This document shows positions 29,521 to 40,449 of a stretch of DNA of 64,000 nt, one piece after another. This stretch comes from a virus (Duplodnaviria > Heunggongvirae > Uroviricota > Caudoviricetes), in IMG/VR virus record IMGVR_UViG_3300035210_000151; one strand, 5' to 3'. Below the pieces are notes generated by a model. It ran no database searches, was not told the origin of the DNA, and saw nothing but the letters and a program-made list of their open reading frames with translations. Both the position numbers and the translations under genes were made by a program. Numbering within the stretch: position 1 is the stretch's first letter; every line of letters starts with the position of its first letter.

Positions 29521-30726
29521 ATGGACTTAAAAGATAAAATTAAGCAGCTAACAGAACGTTTAGACGCTGAAAAGCCTCAACCTTCTGTTGTTGCAAAAGA
29601 ACAACCAAAACCTGTTGAACGGGAATATTTTGTTACATTATCGTTTGATAAACGAAATGAACTTATGCAAGGCATGTTGCCAGATATGGTGGCTTTGGGT
29701 TTTGAGTTGGTTCATGAAACAGAAAAAACGCTACGTTATCATACCTCTCCACTTAAAAAAGATGATGCTGATGAACTGTTAAAGTTTATGGAAAAATTGA
29801 AAAAACAATCCTCTGATGTCTTTTATGATGTTGCTTTTGGCCGTCTACCCGAACATCCAGTGACGTATGCTGATGTTTGTAAATCTGGTGTTAGTCATGT
29901 TTATTCTTCTAAATATGTAACGGGTGAAGAAGCTAAGAATATTAGCGATCACATTAGCACAGAAAAATACCAACAAAGTCTTTTTGCTTTTGAAGAAAAA
30001 TTGATTTCACCTAGCTTTAAGTCTGAATTTTGTGATGCTTTGATTGTTACCATTAAGGACTCTGTTGATTTGGGTACCATGACAGCCGCATTCCTGACCG
30101 AAGACCCTGTTCGTTCTATGGTGTATGAAGCGTTTGATTTTACGTTGAAGCTTGGTCATAACGCTATGATGAACTTTCATTCAGAGCATTACCCACATAT
30201 GTATAGTGTGGACACTGCCATTGATAGAAGTGATACAGAGGCTCGTGAAGTTAAAGATTCTCTTCGTGAAGTTAAAGTGAATGATTACCATGAAGCTGTT
30301 GGTAAAATACTGGATGAGCGTTACTTGTTTTGTGATACAATGAAAGCGTTGAAAACGTTTAAAGAAATGAAACCATTTCCAAAAGAACTGGACACAGAAC
30401 AAACCTCAGATGATGGATTTAGTGCTCATTACTTTTTAAGCACTGACCATATGGATCGTGGTTATGGAAATGTAAAAGATGAAGTATGTAGAATTGTTGT
30501 AAAAACAGCTCTTGACTACATTAAAATGAATAAAGCTCATGAACTTCATATGAAAATGAATGCTATTAATGCTGGCAGTCGTGAAATGGGCGATATCATG
30601 ATAGACTCTTTCAAAGATCGGGCTAATGTGAGAGAATGGCGAACTATTGTAGGTAATCCTATTCAGGCTCCATCGGCACCCGATGCTTATGTTATGAAAC
30701 GTGTTAAAAAGTTTAAGCCTAGTTAA
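29521..30726 (+). CDS. Hypothetical protein with basic tail (KRVKKFKPS)
   Basis: GGAG RBS, TGGTATAAT promoter. Confidence 0.75.
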   Translation: MDLKDKIKQLTERLDAEKPQPSVVAKEQPKPVEREYFVTLSFDKRNELMQGMLPDMVALGFELVHETEKTLRYHTSPLKKDDADELLKFMEKLKKQSSDVFYDVAFGRLPEHPVTYADVCKSGVSHVYSSKYVTGEEAKNISDHISTEKYQQSLFAFEEKLISPSFKSEFCDALIVTIKDSVDLGTMTAAFLTEDPVRSMVYEAFDFTLKLGHNAMMNFHSEHYPHMYSVDTAIDRSDTEAREVKDSLREVKVNDYHEAVGKILDERYLFCDTMKALKTFKEMKPFPKELDTEQTSDDGFSAHYFLSTDHMDRGYGNVKDEVCRIVVKTALDYIKMNKAHELHMKMNAINAGSREMGDIMIDSFKDRANVREWRTIVGNPIQAPSAPDAYVMKRVKKFKPS

Positions 30727-30799
30727 GATGGCGATGTAAACGCATTAAAATGGAAGCCTGCAGAGGGCTTCTTTTGATCAAACTACTTGGAGATTAATT

Positions 30800-31651
30800 A
30801 TGATTGGTGGAATTATTGGTGACATTATTGGTTCAGTCTATGAAGGTAAACAATGGGATAAACGCGATCTTCCATTGTTTCAAGAATTTCCCTTTACTGA
30901 TGTCTCGGATGTATTAAAGAATACCAAATGGGTTCGTACTACGCCGGGTTGGACAGATGACAGCTTATGCACACTTGCCCTTTTTTCAGCCTATATTAAT
31001 AAAAGAAGCCCAGTAGATGAGTTAGTCCGTTTATGTAAGAAATACGCCACAGAAGCGACTGGTTTTGGCGGTAACTTTACAAAGTGGTTAGATAATCCCG
31101 TCCCTTATGGTTCTTATGCGAACGGATCTATCATGCGGATTGGTTTTATTAACCATCTTGATCTGCCACTTCAAGATAAACTGGATTTGGCTTATGATTA
31201 TACTGTTATTTCTCATAATCACGAAGACAGCACAACAGCCGTTCTTGATTTTGTTCTTTTGGTTGAAAACTTGAAGTTTCTTGAACTTGAAGACAAAAAG
31301 AATGTAATTGCTGCTTATCTTGAAAAATCTGGATGGACTGAAACTGTTGAAACGCTTCATGGCAAGAAAACATTTGATATGAATGCATTGGTGACTTTTA
31401 AGCAAGCATTGACCATTGTCTTAGAAAGCAACTCATTTGAAGAAGTGATGAAGCTATGTTGTTATGTGGGTGGTGATACCGATACGATTGCTTGTGTGGC
31501 TGGTAATATTGCTGAACATCTATGGGCTATTCCAACGGATTTGTTTAATTACATGTTTGATACCTTTTATACCAGTAATGTTGATGAAATGGAGTTATTT
31601 GCCTTAATTAACTTATTTGTATTAAACCATTCAGTGTCTGTTGTTAAATAG
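30800..31651 (+). CDS. ADP-ribosylglycohydrolase (DraG/ARH family)
   Basis: GDIIGS, WTDDS, SYANGSIMR, SHNH, GGDTDTIA motifs. Confidence 0.9.
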   Translation: MIGGIIGDIIGSVYEGKQWDKRDLPLFQEFPFTDVSDVLKNTKWVRTTPGWTDDSLCTLALFSAYINKRSPVDELVRLCKKYATEATGFGGNFTKWLDNPVPYGSYANGSIMRIGFINHLDLPLQDKLDLAYDYTVISHNHEDSTTAVLDFVLLVENLKFLELEDKKNVIAAYLEKSGWTETVETLHGKKTFDMNALVTFKQALTIVLESNSFEEVMKLCCYVGGDTDTIACVAGNIAEHLWAIPTDLFNYMFDTFYTSNVDEMELFALINLFVLNHSVSVVK

Positions 31652-31663
31652 GAGAATTATTCA

Positions 31664-32356
31664 ATGGCTAATTACGAAATAACAGCTCAATCAGCAACTG
31701 ACCTGAAAAGACACCTCTACCAAGATGAAGTGTTTATTAGTGTTCATCAACCTAATATGAGTTGGCTTAAAGAGATTGGCTTTACTGCTTACAAACCTTC
31801 TGAAATGAAGGTGTTTAGCCAAAATCCTAAGTTCTACAAGATTGAAGATGATCATATTTTCTTTATTTTGTTTAGGACTCAAGATCCTAACGCTGGCAAG
31901 TATGATGTTCGTGAAAAATACAAACTATTAAAAAGTAATAAGCTTATTCAGAAGCTTAAAATGAATGACGATATCTTTGATGATTTTTTACAATACATGA
32001 CGCCATCTGTTGATATTAAAAGTCCTAGTATGATTATGTATCTTTCTATCAAACGTGATTATATTTACTATGATAACAATAGGAATAAAAAGACGTTATC
32101 TTACTTTGTGAATGTCAACAGAGTTATGTTGAAAACTGATTCTGAGAATGATTTTTATCTCTCAACTGTTCAATTTGAAGAGGGTAAGCTGACCTATATA
32201 GAAGTCATGATTGATGGTGTTATTAAATCAGGCGAACCTTTAAAAAGTGTTTGGAACGAGTTGTCTGTGTTGACGCCTACATTGGAAGAGTTCTTTAATT
32301 TTGAAGTGGATTTAACAGATGAGATGAAGTTTTTGTTTCAGGCTGTGGCTATTTAA
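31664..32356 (+). CDS. Hypothetical protein, variant tag LFQAVAI
   Basis: AGGAG RBS, follows the ARH gene. Confidence 0.75.
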   Translation: MANYEITAQSATDLKRHLYQDEVFISVHQPNMSWLKEIGFTAYKPSEMKVFSQNPKFYKIEDDHIFFILFRTQDPNAGKYDVREKYKLLKSNKLIQKLKMNDDIFDDFLQYMTPSVDIKSPSMIMYLSIKRDYIYYDNNRNKKTLSYFVNVNRVMLKTDSENDFYLSTVQFEEGKLTYIEVMIDGVIKSGEPLKSVWNELSVLTPTLEEFFNFEVDLTDEMKFLFQAVAI

Positions 32357-32587
32357 CGATTTTACCAATAATCCGTTATTTTACATACAAAAACAAAATA
32401 TAGTTCTATTTTTACTTGTTTATTCTATTGTATTAAAAAAATGGCATGTAAAAACCCGTTCTATTTTAATAGCGGCTACTTGTAAAAAACCGTTTTAGCC
32501 AAGACAATTCACTATGTCTTGATTTTTTTTTGTAACATTTTGACATAAACCCGTTATAATAAAATACAAACTGTTAAATGAAGGCTC

Positions 32588-32615
32588 TTGACAACTTTTA
32601 AAAAAAATATATACT
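32588..32615 (+). promoter_or_regulatory. sigma70 promoter of dnaK
   Basis: TTGACA-16-TATACT. Confidence 0.7.
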
Positions 32616-32687
32616 TATTGATTGAAGAATGTCTTCGGAGTTCTTCACAATAAACTAAACTAAATCTGCCGAATGGGGGTATTAAAA

Positions 32688-34592
32688 ATGAGTAAAGTAA
32701 TTGGTATTGACTTGGGTACAACAAATTCTTGTGTATCTATATTTGAAAATGGTAAACAAAAAGTAATTGAGAACGCAGAAGGAGCAAGAACTACTCCATC
32801 TATCGTCTCTTATAGCAAAGAAGGTGAAACTTTGGTTGGGCAACCAGCAAAAAGACAATCTATCACCAACCCAACACAAACGTTCCACGCCATCAAACGA
32901 CTTATTGGTCGTAAATTTGATGAAGAGGCTGTACAAAAAGACATCAAGCTTGTCCCTTACAAAATTGTAAAGGCTGACAATGGTGATGCATGGGTAGAAG
33001 TTAAAGGTAAGAAGACTTCACCACAACAAATCTCAGCCGAAATTTTGATGAAAATGAAGAAAACTGCAGAAGACTACTTGGGTGAACCAGTAACAGAAGC
33101 TGTTATTACTGTGCCTGCTTACTTCAATGATAGTCAAAGACAAGCCACAAAAGATGCGGGTCGTATCGCTGGTTTAGATGTTAAACGTATTATTAACGAA
33201 CCAACAGCGGCTGCATTAGCTTATGGCATGGATAAATTTAAGAAAGATAGCACTATCATAGTTTATGACTTGGGTGGTGGTACTTTTGACGTATCCGTTA
33301 TTGAGATTGCAGGTGTTGATGGGGAATCTCAGTTCGAAGTGCTTGCAACCAATGGTGATACTTTCCTTGGTGGTGAAGACTTTGACAACTTGCTCATTGA
33401 ATACATTGTAAGTGAGTTTAAGAAAGAAAGTGGTATTGATATTAAACAAGACCCACTCGCTATGCAACGTATCAGAGACGCTGCTGAGAAAGCTAAAATT
33501 GAGTTGTCTTCAACACAACAAACTGATGTTAACTTACCTTATGTGACTGCTGATAGTTCTGGACCTAAGCACTTGAACGTTATTATCACCAGATCTAAGT
33601 TTGAAGGTTTAGTTGAAGAGTTAGTGGAAAGAACTATTCTTCCATGCAAAACAGCTCTAAAAGATGCTGGTATTGAATTGTCAGCGATTGATGAAGTTAT
33701 CTTGGTTGGTGGTCAGACTCGTATGCCACTTGTGCAAAAACGTGTTGCCGAGTTTTTTGGCAAAGAACCACGTAAAGATGTAAACCCTGATGAAGCTGTG
33801 GCTATTGGTGCAGCCATTCAAGCAGGTGTTATCACAGGTGCTGTGACTGACGTATTGTTGTTAGACGTAACGCCATTGACGTTAGGTATTGAAACAATGG
33901 GTGGTGTATTTACTCCATTGATTCCTAAGAACACCACTATTCCAACGAAGAAGACAGAAATGTGTTCAACAGCGGATGACAATCAAACTGCAGTAACTAT
34001 TCATGTGTTGCAAGGTGAACGTAAACAAGCGTCTGGTAACAAATCGTTGGGTCGTTTTGACTTAAGAGACATTGCACCAGCACCAAAAGGTCAACCTCAA
34101 ATTGAGATTACTTTTGATATTGATGCTAACGGTATTTTGAATGTGTCTGCTAAGGACAAGAATACTGGTAAGTCTCAATCTGTTGTCATTAAAGCTAACT
34201 CTGGTTTGAGTGAAGCTGAGATTCAACAAATGATTAATGACGCTGAAAAGAACAAATCAGATGATGAGAAGTTTGCTGCATTAGCTGATAGCCGTAACAA
34301 GGCTGACCATTTGGTTCACGAAGCTCGTAAAGTGATGAATGAGCCAACCTTGGATAGCACTGATAGATTGAATCTTGAAAACGCTATTTCCGATTTAGCT
34401 GGTTTGATTAAATCTGGATCTAAGGCAGAACTTGATTCTCGCTATGCCAGCCTTGAAAAAGTGCTTCACGGTATTACTTCTAAGCAATATCAGCCTGATC
34501 AAGCTCAACAGGCACAACAGCAACAAGGTCAAAATCAAGGCACTAGCCAAGATAATGATTATATTGACGCTGAGTTTACAGAGCAAAAGTAA
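32688..34592 (+). CDS. dnaK: Hsp70 chaperone DnaK
   Basis: [37 protein letters not shown] linker, Q-rich tail ending DAEFTE. Confidence 0.97.
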   Translation: MSKVIGIDLGTTNSCVSIFENGKQKVIENAEGARTTPSIVSYSKEGETLVGQPAKRQSITNPTQTFHAIKRLIGRKFDEEAVQKDIKLVPYKIVKADNGDAWVEVKGKKTSPQQISAEILMKMKKTAEDYLGEPVTEAVITVPAYFNDSQRQATKDAGRIAGLDVKRIINEPTAAALAYGMDKFKKDSTIIVYDLGGGTFDVSVIEIAGVDGESQFEVLATNGDTFLGGEDFDNLLIEYIVSEFKKESGIDIKQDPLAMQRIRDAAEKAKIELSSTQQTDVNLPYVTADSSGPKHLNVIITRSKFEGLVEELVERTILPCKTALKDAGIELSAIDEVILVGGQTRMPLVQKRVAEFFGKEPRKDVNPDEAVAIGAAIQAGVITGAVTDVLLLDVTPLTLGIETMGGVFTPLIPKNTTIPTKKTEMCSTADDNQTAVTIHVLQGERKQASGNKSLGRFDLRDIAPAPKGQPQIEITFDIDANGILNVSAKDKNTGKSQSVVIKANSGLSEAEIQQMINDAEKNKSDDEKFAALADSRNKADHLVHEARKVMNEPTLDSTDRLNLENAISDLAGLIKSGSKAELDSRYASLEKVLHGITSKQYQPDQAQQAQQQQGQNQGTSQDNDYIDAEFTEQK

Positions 34593-34606
34593 CATCGGTA
34601 GAAATG

Positions 34607-34636
34607 AAAACAGCCTCTTCGGAGGCTGTTTTTTTT
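34607..34636. terminator. Bidirectional terminator
   Basis: AAAACAGCCTC-TTCG-GAGGCTGTTTT. Confidence 0.9.
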
Positions 34637-35789
34637 ATATTTTGACCATCTTATATAATTCTAAATGATCCAAAGTTAATGGGGCATCATTTTTAATTGT
34701 TTCATTAACATGTTGTTTTATTATATTTAAGAAAGCATCATACAAGACAGCTAAATTTTCAGTGTCAATATAATCGTAATTGTCGATAACTATTTTACAA
34801 GTTATTGTTTTTTCATGACCACCAATATCAATTATTAAACAATTTTCAAAATTAAAACTATATATGGTTATTTTTTTTAAATTATTTAATTTTGTATGAT
34901 TTACTGGTATATTACTAATATCTATACTTAGTCTAGGGGCTTTATTTGATAATTCACAATAAAATATTATTAAATTAATTAACTGTGCCATTTCAGATGA
35001 CTCTCTGAAATGTGATTTCATTATTTTATCATATAACATAAGAGCAATTTTTTTATTTTCCTTCGAGTTCAATGAAATATTTAATGAGTCAGTTTCTTTA
35101 TTAGTGATAAAAAAATCTTCATTGATATTTTTATTTATGTATTTAACAAGATCTTCTGCATTAAAATATTCAAAGTTCAGTTGAGAAAACTGTTCAGTTA
35201 TAATATCAAAAATACTCTTATTTTTGAAGGTTATTACTTCTGGATGGTTTTCTTTGTAATGATCTAACCCAACCTCTTTTAACATTGCTAATTTCAATTC
35301 ATCTATCATTTTTCCTAAATTTATATTGATGTTATTGTTATTATGTTCATTTGAGGCAAGTATGTAATTTCCTTTTTTACAACATCTGATGCGAATTTCA
35401 ATATAATCGTTTGTTAATTTAAAGAACAACCCAATTTCAGGCCAGATCATTTCAATTTCATCAACAAATGAGATATTTATATTTCTAACAAAATTTATTT
35501 GATTAATTGTTATTTCTTGATCATATCCGTATAACATTAAATTACAAAATGTCTTAAACTCTTTTAATTTAAGTTTTGACTGGGGGTTCAGGTCTAAGAT
35601 ATCTTCTATATAAGTGATATTGTCATGTTTTATCAACATTATTTCATCATATCGAGAAACTTTGTCATAAAAATAAGCTTTATTTTTTTCATAGACTTGT
35701 GATATATTTATACAGATATTTTTTATATTTTTACATCTTATATAATTATCTATATTATCTGCTATTTTTTCTTCAATATCTTTAATCAT
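34635..35789 (-). CDS. AT-rich hypothetical protein, tag LYKMVKI
   Basis: Full-length paralog of 35786..36916. Confidence 0.75.
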   Translation of the reverse strand: MIKDIEEKIADNIDNYIRCKNIKNICINISQVYEKNKAYFYDKVSRYDEIMLIKHDNITYIEDILDLNPQSKLKLKEFKTFCNLMLYGYDQEITINQINFVRNINISFVDEIEMIWPEIGLFFKLTNDYIEIRIRCCKKGNYILASNEHNNNNININLGKMIDELKLAMLKEVGLDHYKENHPEVITFKNKSIFDIITEQFSQLNFEYFNAEDLVKYINKNINEDFFITNKETDSLNISLNSKENKKIALMLYDKIMKSHFRESSEMAQLINLIIFYCELSNKAPRLSIDISNIPVNHTKLNNLKKITIYSFNFENCLIIDIGGHEKTITCKIVIDNYDYIDTENLAVLYDAFLNIIKQHVNETIKNDAPLTLDHLELYKMVKI

Positions 35790-36916
35790 ATATTAATCAT
35801 CTCATAAACTTTTAAGTGATTTAATGTAATAGTATTGTTACCATTCATAAGCGTTTTATTAATATCTTCACGAATACTTTCCAGTAAGTAAATATAAACA
35901 TCGTTAAGAGTCTCTGATGTTTTTTCGTATTTCTCATCTTTCAATGGTGATTTATAAGTAAAAGTATGTTTATCTTTACCAATAAACAATTCCAATAGTT
36001 TATCAAAACAGTAGACATAAAAAATGCCATCTAGTTTTTGTAATTTATTTACTTTACCTTCAACATTAGAATAGTCAAAGTATATTGTAGGCGATTGATT
36101 TTTTATTTTAAAATAAAACATCATTAAACTCATTAATTGTCTCATTAAGTGTCGTTCGTTGTTTGATTTTATTAATTCATCGAAGATGGTTAGAACTTTT
36201 TTTTCATGATCATCTTTAAAAGTAAATATGCCAACTTTAACAAAATCACTTGTTAATTTCTTGTTAACAATTTCAACCAATTCTTCTTGGCTTTTATAAT
36301 TGTATTTTTTAGTTGAAAACTTTTCATTGGCAACTTCTATCGTACTTTTGTTCTTGAATGTTTTAAACTCTTCTGTATATTCCGCATTTAATGCATAGCC
36401 TGCTTTTGATATGAGAATGCCTTTCATTTCATCAAGCATATCTTGAAGATAATTATTTATATTATTGCAATTATAGTTTCTTGTTTTCCATCTAAGGTTC
36501 CCATTATTCACAGATAACATAACATTGTCTTCATAGCATTCAATCCATATACCGGATTCATTCCATTGGCATTTAACAGATATGATTTCTTTTGTTGTTG
36601 GCGAATATTCAAGCAATATCATATGGGTGTTGGTTTTGTTATTATTTCCGTAGAGCAATTGTGTACAGAAAGATTTAAATTCTTCAAACTTTACTTTAAG
36701 TGCTTTATTAGAAAATAAAATATCATCTAAGTAATTAATGTCAGTGTGCTTAATTACTAAATAGTCAACATGATTTACGTCCATATAAAATCTCATGAAA
36801 AAATTATCGACATTTTCTGGTATCTTTTGATAGCTGTTATATCTATTTTCAATTTTTTTAGAATCAATATAACTATCAATAGAGTTAAGTATTTTATTGG
36901 TGATTTTAGTAATCAT
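35786..36916 (-). CDS. AT-rich hypothetical protein, tag VYEMINI
   Basis: Shared TFKNKS..., L..Y.E..K.T..TL.HL..Y.M pattern; ATGA overlap with the next gene. Confidence 0.75.
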   Translation of the reverse strand: MITKITNKILNSIDSYIDSKKIENRYNSYQKIPENVDNFFMRFYMDVNHVDYLVIKHTDINYLDDILFSNKALKVKFEEFKSFCTQLLYGNNNKTNTHMILLEYSPTTKEIISVKCQWNESGIWIECYEDNVMLSVNNGNLRWKTRNYNCNNINNYLQDMLDEMKGILISKAGYALNAEYTEEFKTFKNKSTIEVANEKFSTKKYNYKSQEELVEIVNKKLTSDFVKVGIFTFKDDHEKKVLTIFDELIKSNNERHLMRQLMSLMMFYFKIKNQSPTIYFDYSNVEGKVNKLQKLDGIFYVYCFDKLLELFIGKDKHTFTYKSPLKDEKYEKTSETLNDVYIYLLESIREDINKTLMNGNNTITLNHLKVYEMINI

Positions 36917-37042
36917 ATGAAATTTCCTAATGAATAAATTGATTTTTATTGTAACATAAATTATTGATATATTCTATTGAACAAATATAAAATTAAAAAA
37001 ACAAAAAAGACACCTGCGTGCCTTTTTATTTTTTGTTAAATT

Positions 37043-37609
37043 TTACAATTTTGCAAGGTTTTCATTGTAATATTTATCAACGCCTGTGACTTCTTCACCA
37101 GCCCATTCAGGGATAGGAATAACATCACCGGGATTTTCATATTCAACTTCTGCAATTGGTTCTAGATGAGCATGTTTACCAGTAAATACGTCAACTTCAT
37201 ACACATAGTCACCTACTTTTACATAACTACGAATTTTTGTAATGAAGCTGGTGCAAACCGGAATGATAGCTTCAAACTCTTCTTTTGACAAACTAGGCTC
37301 AACCTCAACCTTGCTATCGACAATGCCAATATCAATTTTAAGTGTAATCATGTATTTACCCGATTTGTTTCTGATGCGTAATACTTTCTTTGGCTTATCC
37401 AAATGCTCGATGAGCAATTCAGTGTCTTTTGGTTCAATAGGTTTACGAAGTGTCATAAACCCAAAGTCGAGGATAAGCCAGTTAGGTTTGACAGAGATTT
37501 TAACTTTGCTCAAATCAATATAGCCTTGATGAATATCATCTTTGTTAGAGACACCTTTTTTCCAGTTATCATTCTTTAATAAGAACTTTCTTTCGTTTTC
37601 AAAAGCCAT
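37043..37609 (-). CDS. CYTH (triphosphate tunnel) domain protein
   Basis: ENERKFLL, LRIR, TLK, EVE, K.R, YEVDVF, AEVE, W.GEEVT...YYN. Confidence 0.9.
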   Translation of the reverse strand: MAFENERKFLLKNDNWKKGVSNKDDIHQGYIDLSKVKISVKPNWLILDFGFMTLRKPIEPKDTELLIEHLDKPKKVLRIRNKSGKYMITLKIDIGIVDSKVEVEPSLSKEEFEAIIPVCTSFITKIRSYVKVGDYVYEVDVFTGKHAHLEPIAEVEYENPGDVIPIPEWAGEEVTGVDKYYNENLAKL

Positions 37610-37669
37610 AAAATATCTCCTAATTGGTATACTTCTATTATAACCTATCCACAAAAATTAAACAAGAAA

Positions 37670-38269
37670 TCATTTTCCAATTAAATCTTTATACACATCT
37701 TTGTGTTCAATAGACATCTTATTAAGTATTTCTGAACGATTTTTACTGACTTGCTCAGTGAATTTTGGAGCTGTAAATGTTAACAAAATAGCTGATTCCT
37801 TACTGTCCTTAATATATTGAGTTTGATAATTATCTAGGGTAATAAAAACATTCATTTTTTCGAAATATCGAACTTTCTTGTTAAGCTTATCAGTGGTCAT
37901 TACAAAACCATTTGCTGTTAAACTGTCCGCTATGCCTGTCGCAATGGCAAGTTTTTCATACTGATCTTCAATTGACCATCTTGGCTTATCATAAGAACCA
38001 ATTCGAACTTCAACTGAATAAAGAATGTTGTTAAAGATAGTGTACCTGTAATCTAAATTAGAATTAAGTTCTTGGTAATCAATAGTTTTAACTACCTTAT
38101 CTGCGGTTTTTTCTTGTTGATTTAGGTTTAAAATCCACTCTGGTGCTGGCCCGCCTATGTAGGGCATGAAATCATACATAACTTTTGGATTGATATTTTC
38201 GACATCACTCGCTGACGACATCAGTGGCATGAGTAATAGCAGGGTGATCAAATATTTTTTAATGTTCAT
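37670..38269 (-). CDS. Exported hypothetical protein
   Basis: MNIKKYLITLLLLMPLMSSA signal peptide. Confidence 0.7.
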   Translation of the reverse strand: MNIKKYLITLLLLMPLMSSASDVENINPKVMYDFMPYIGGPAPEWILNLNQQEKTADKVVKTIDYQELNSNLDYRYTIFNNILYSVEVRIGSYDKPRWSIEDQYEKLAIATGIADSLTANGFVMTTDKLNKKVRYFEKMNVFITLDNYQTQYIKDSKESAILLTFTAPKFTEQVSKNRSEILNKMSIEHKDVYKDLIGK

Positions 38270-38285
38270 TTCTTTACTTCTCCTT

Positions 38286-39119
38286 TTAATTTACGATTCG
38301 AGTGCGGATTGCTTTTGGATAATCCAGTAGTTTTTTGTTCAACTGCATGGACAGTGTTAATTTTTTAGACTGCAAAGTTTCCTCAGCCTTCTTTTTAGCC
38401 TTTTCTTTCACAGCCACATCTTCTTTCTTATTGAGCAATACTTTCTTGTTGGTCAATACTTTATCTAAACGTGCAAGACGTTCTAACAACGCTTCGCGTT
38501 CTTTATAAGCTTCGGAAGCTTTCAATGCTGCATCCACATTAGCCGTAGCAGTTGAATGTGATTCACGAGTGATCTTCGCAACATCTTCTGCATCTTTAAT
38601 ATCAAGCTCAGCAGTTTTTTCAGCCACAAATTGTTTGATTTTTTCACTTGCCTTTTCGATATCAGCAGCCAAACTAAATGTCGTTTGCAAGAACGCTTCG
38701 CTGAATAAATTGATGATTTCGTCGTAGCTTTTGTTTTCAATCATTGTTAGCTTTTTATTTAATGCATTCAATGATTCTTTGAATTTTTCAAGTGGCATAG
38801 GTTCACCGTAACGAGTTTGATCCAACTCATCACCAAATTTAACAGAACCACAGACCAATTGTTCTTCTTGTGCTTTATCCATGTAAGTAAAGGTCAAAGC
38901 AAATGAGAAACCTTTATTTTCTAAGCATTCGAAGATCATGATGAAATCACATTCCACGCCTTTGGTTTCGTATTTGTCACCGCGTGCAAAAACCCACGGA
39001 ATTCTTCTGGATTCTGCTTTGTTTAAGGTGAACTCATGAGAATGTCCACGAACTTGTGAACGCAAGTTATCAATGGCTGTTTTATAACGCTTCATTGGAG
39101 TAAGATCTTTCATGGTCAA
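38286..39119 (-). CDS. Hypothetical coiled-coil protein
   Basis: K/E/A-rich C-terminal half. Confidence 0.7.
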   Translation of the reverse strand: MTMKDLTPMKRYKTAIDNLRSQVRGHSHEFTLNKAESRRIPWVFARGDKYETKGVECDFIMIFECLENKGFSFALTFTYMDKAQEEQLVCGSVKFGDELDQTRYGEPMPLEKFKESLNALNKKLTMIENKSYDEIINLFSEAFLQTTFSLAADIEKASEKIKQFVAEKTAELDIKDAEDVAKITRESHSTATANVDAALKASEAYKEREALLERLARLDKVLTNKKVLLNKKEDVAVKEKAKKKAEETLQSKKLTLSMQLNKKLLDYPKAIRTRIVN

Positions 39120-39309
39120 CCTCTTCGTTTAATTTGCATTATTGTATCATCTTTTTCACCATTTTGGAATATCTTTTTTCACTTTTACTGTTTTTATAAG
39201 AAAATAAAACAAAATGTATTGATAGATTGTTGAAATATATTTATTAAACGCTATTTTTTAAATTTTTAAAACTGCTAAGATGGTAGTACAAACAATTAAA
39301 GATAATCAT

Positions 39310-40251
39310 ATGAAAAAAAGTATATTGACATTAATGATTGCTTCCACATTTGGTATTTCAATAGCTGATTATCGCATAGCTATGCCAATGGAAGTGCAAA
39401 ATGGTGGAGGATTACAAAATGGCAGCATTTCTTTTACGGGTGGTACACCACCTGTTGAAGAACCAGAAGTTCCTGTCACGCCACCAGCAGCTAAAGATGA
39501 ATGTATGCCATTAAATGTTGGTGTATATGTCTGGCGTGTGAACAAAAACACTGGTGCAGGAACTGTTATTTGGAATGGAACTACAGTTGGATCGATTGTA
39601 GCAGGTAGTTCTTCTCTTTCAGGGGCTAATGGAATTGTTTACACTCGAAATGAATCAAGTGCCGCTGTTCCGCAAGGCCCACAAAACTTACAATCTGGTG
39701 TATGTAGAAATATACCCGGAAACTTCAACGGTGGTTCATGGGTCAGCATTGCTCCTGTTGTGACGGCATGGACAAACTCAGGATCAGCCTATAATTGCAC
39801 ATGGACACCTGATTCAAACAATTATCTACCAAGTCAGTCAGTAGACCAAACAGGTATTAATTGTAAACAAAAACAGGTAAGCACATCACAAGCAAGAGAG
39901 CAGAACGATTCGACATTAGATATTAGAAATGTTGGTTCACCTACTAATCTAAATAGAGATATTGATAGCGATGAAAACCCGACAAGAACAATTGCAGGTA
40001 CAGATATGACCACAGCACCAGAAACTTGTGGCTATGATAGATTAAGTGGTTGGTATTGGGCTGTTAGTATTACTGAAAACCAAACATCTTATGTTTCATG
40101 GAAAGGCACACAAGTGTTCGATTATCAAAATTCTCCACAAGTTGGTAATGCAACACAAATTACTGTTGCTGGCATAACATATAAGCGATCTACATTCCAA
40201 GATGGTGATTCAAACACCAGTAACTATGCACTTTGTCGTGTCAATAAATAA
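39310..40251 (+). CDS. Exported Cys-containing modular beta protein, paralog 1
   Basis: Signal peptide, Pro linker, two copies of C..Y.W.V...W.G...G..Y.R...VCR module. Confidence 0.8.
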   Translation: MKKSILTLMIASTFGISIADYRIAMPMEVQNGGGLQNGSISFTGGTPPVEEPEVPVTPPAAKDECMPLNVGVYVWRVNKNTGAGTVIWNGTTVGSIVAGSSSLSGANGIVYTRNESSAAVPQGPQNLQSGVCRNIPGNFNGGSWVSIAPVVTAWTNSGSAYNCTWTPDSNNYLPSQSVDQTGINCKQKQVSTSQAREQNDSTLDIRNVGSPTNLNRDIDSDENPTRTIAGTDMTTAPETCGYDRLSGWYWAVSITENQTSYVSWKGTQVFDYQNSPQVGNATQITVAGITYKRSTFQDGDSNTSNYALCRVNK

Positions 40252-40449
40252 TAACAATTATAGTTTAAAAACTTAACTTCGGTTAAGTTTTTTTATTAAA
40301 AAAATAACTAATTCTAATAAATTTATAATTTATATTTATGATTTTTTTTAAAACAAAATAATCATATAAAAATATTTATAATAATATATTTGATTATTAA
40401 AAAAAAATGATACTATAATGATATACAAACAATTAAAAGATGTATCAAA

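Noticed and set aside
32560-32690. sigma32 promoter or CIRCE element for dnaK
   Set aside because: No CCCCATnT -10 at suitable spacing and no TTAGCACTC-N9-GAGTGCTAA; a sigma70 consensus is present instead.
32688-34592. Window is host chromosome because it carries dnaK
   Set aside because: dnaK lacks dnaJ/grpE context and is surrounded by short monocistronic hypothetical genes and paralog arrays with no housekeeping operons.
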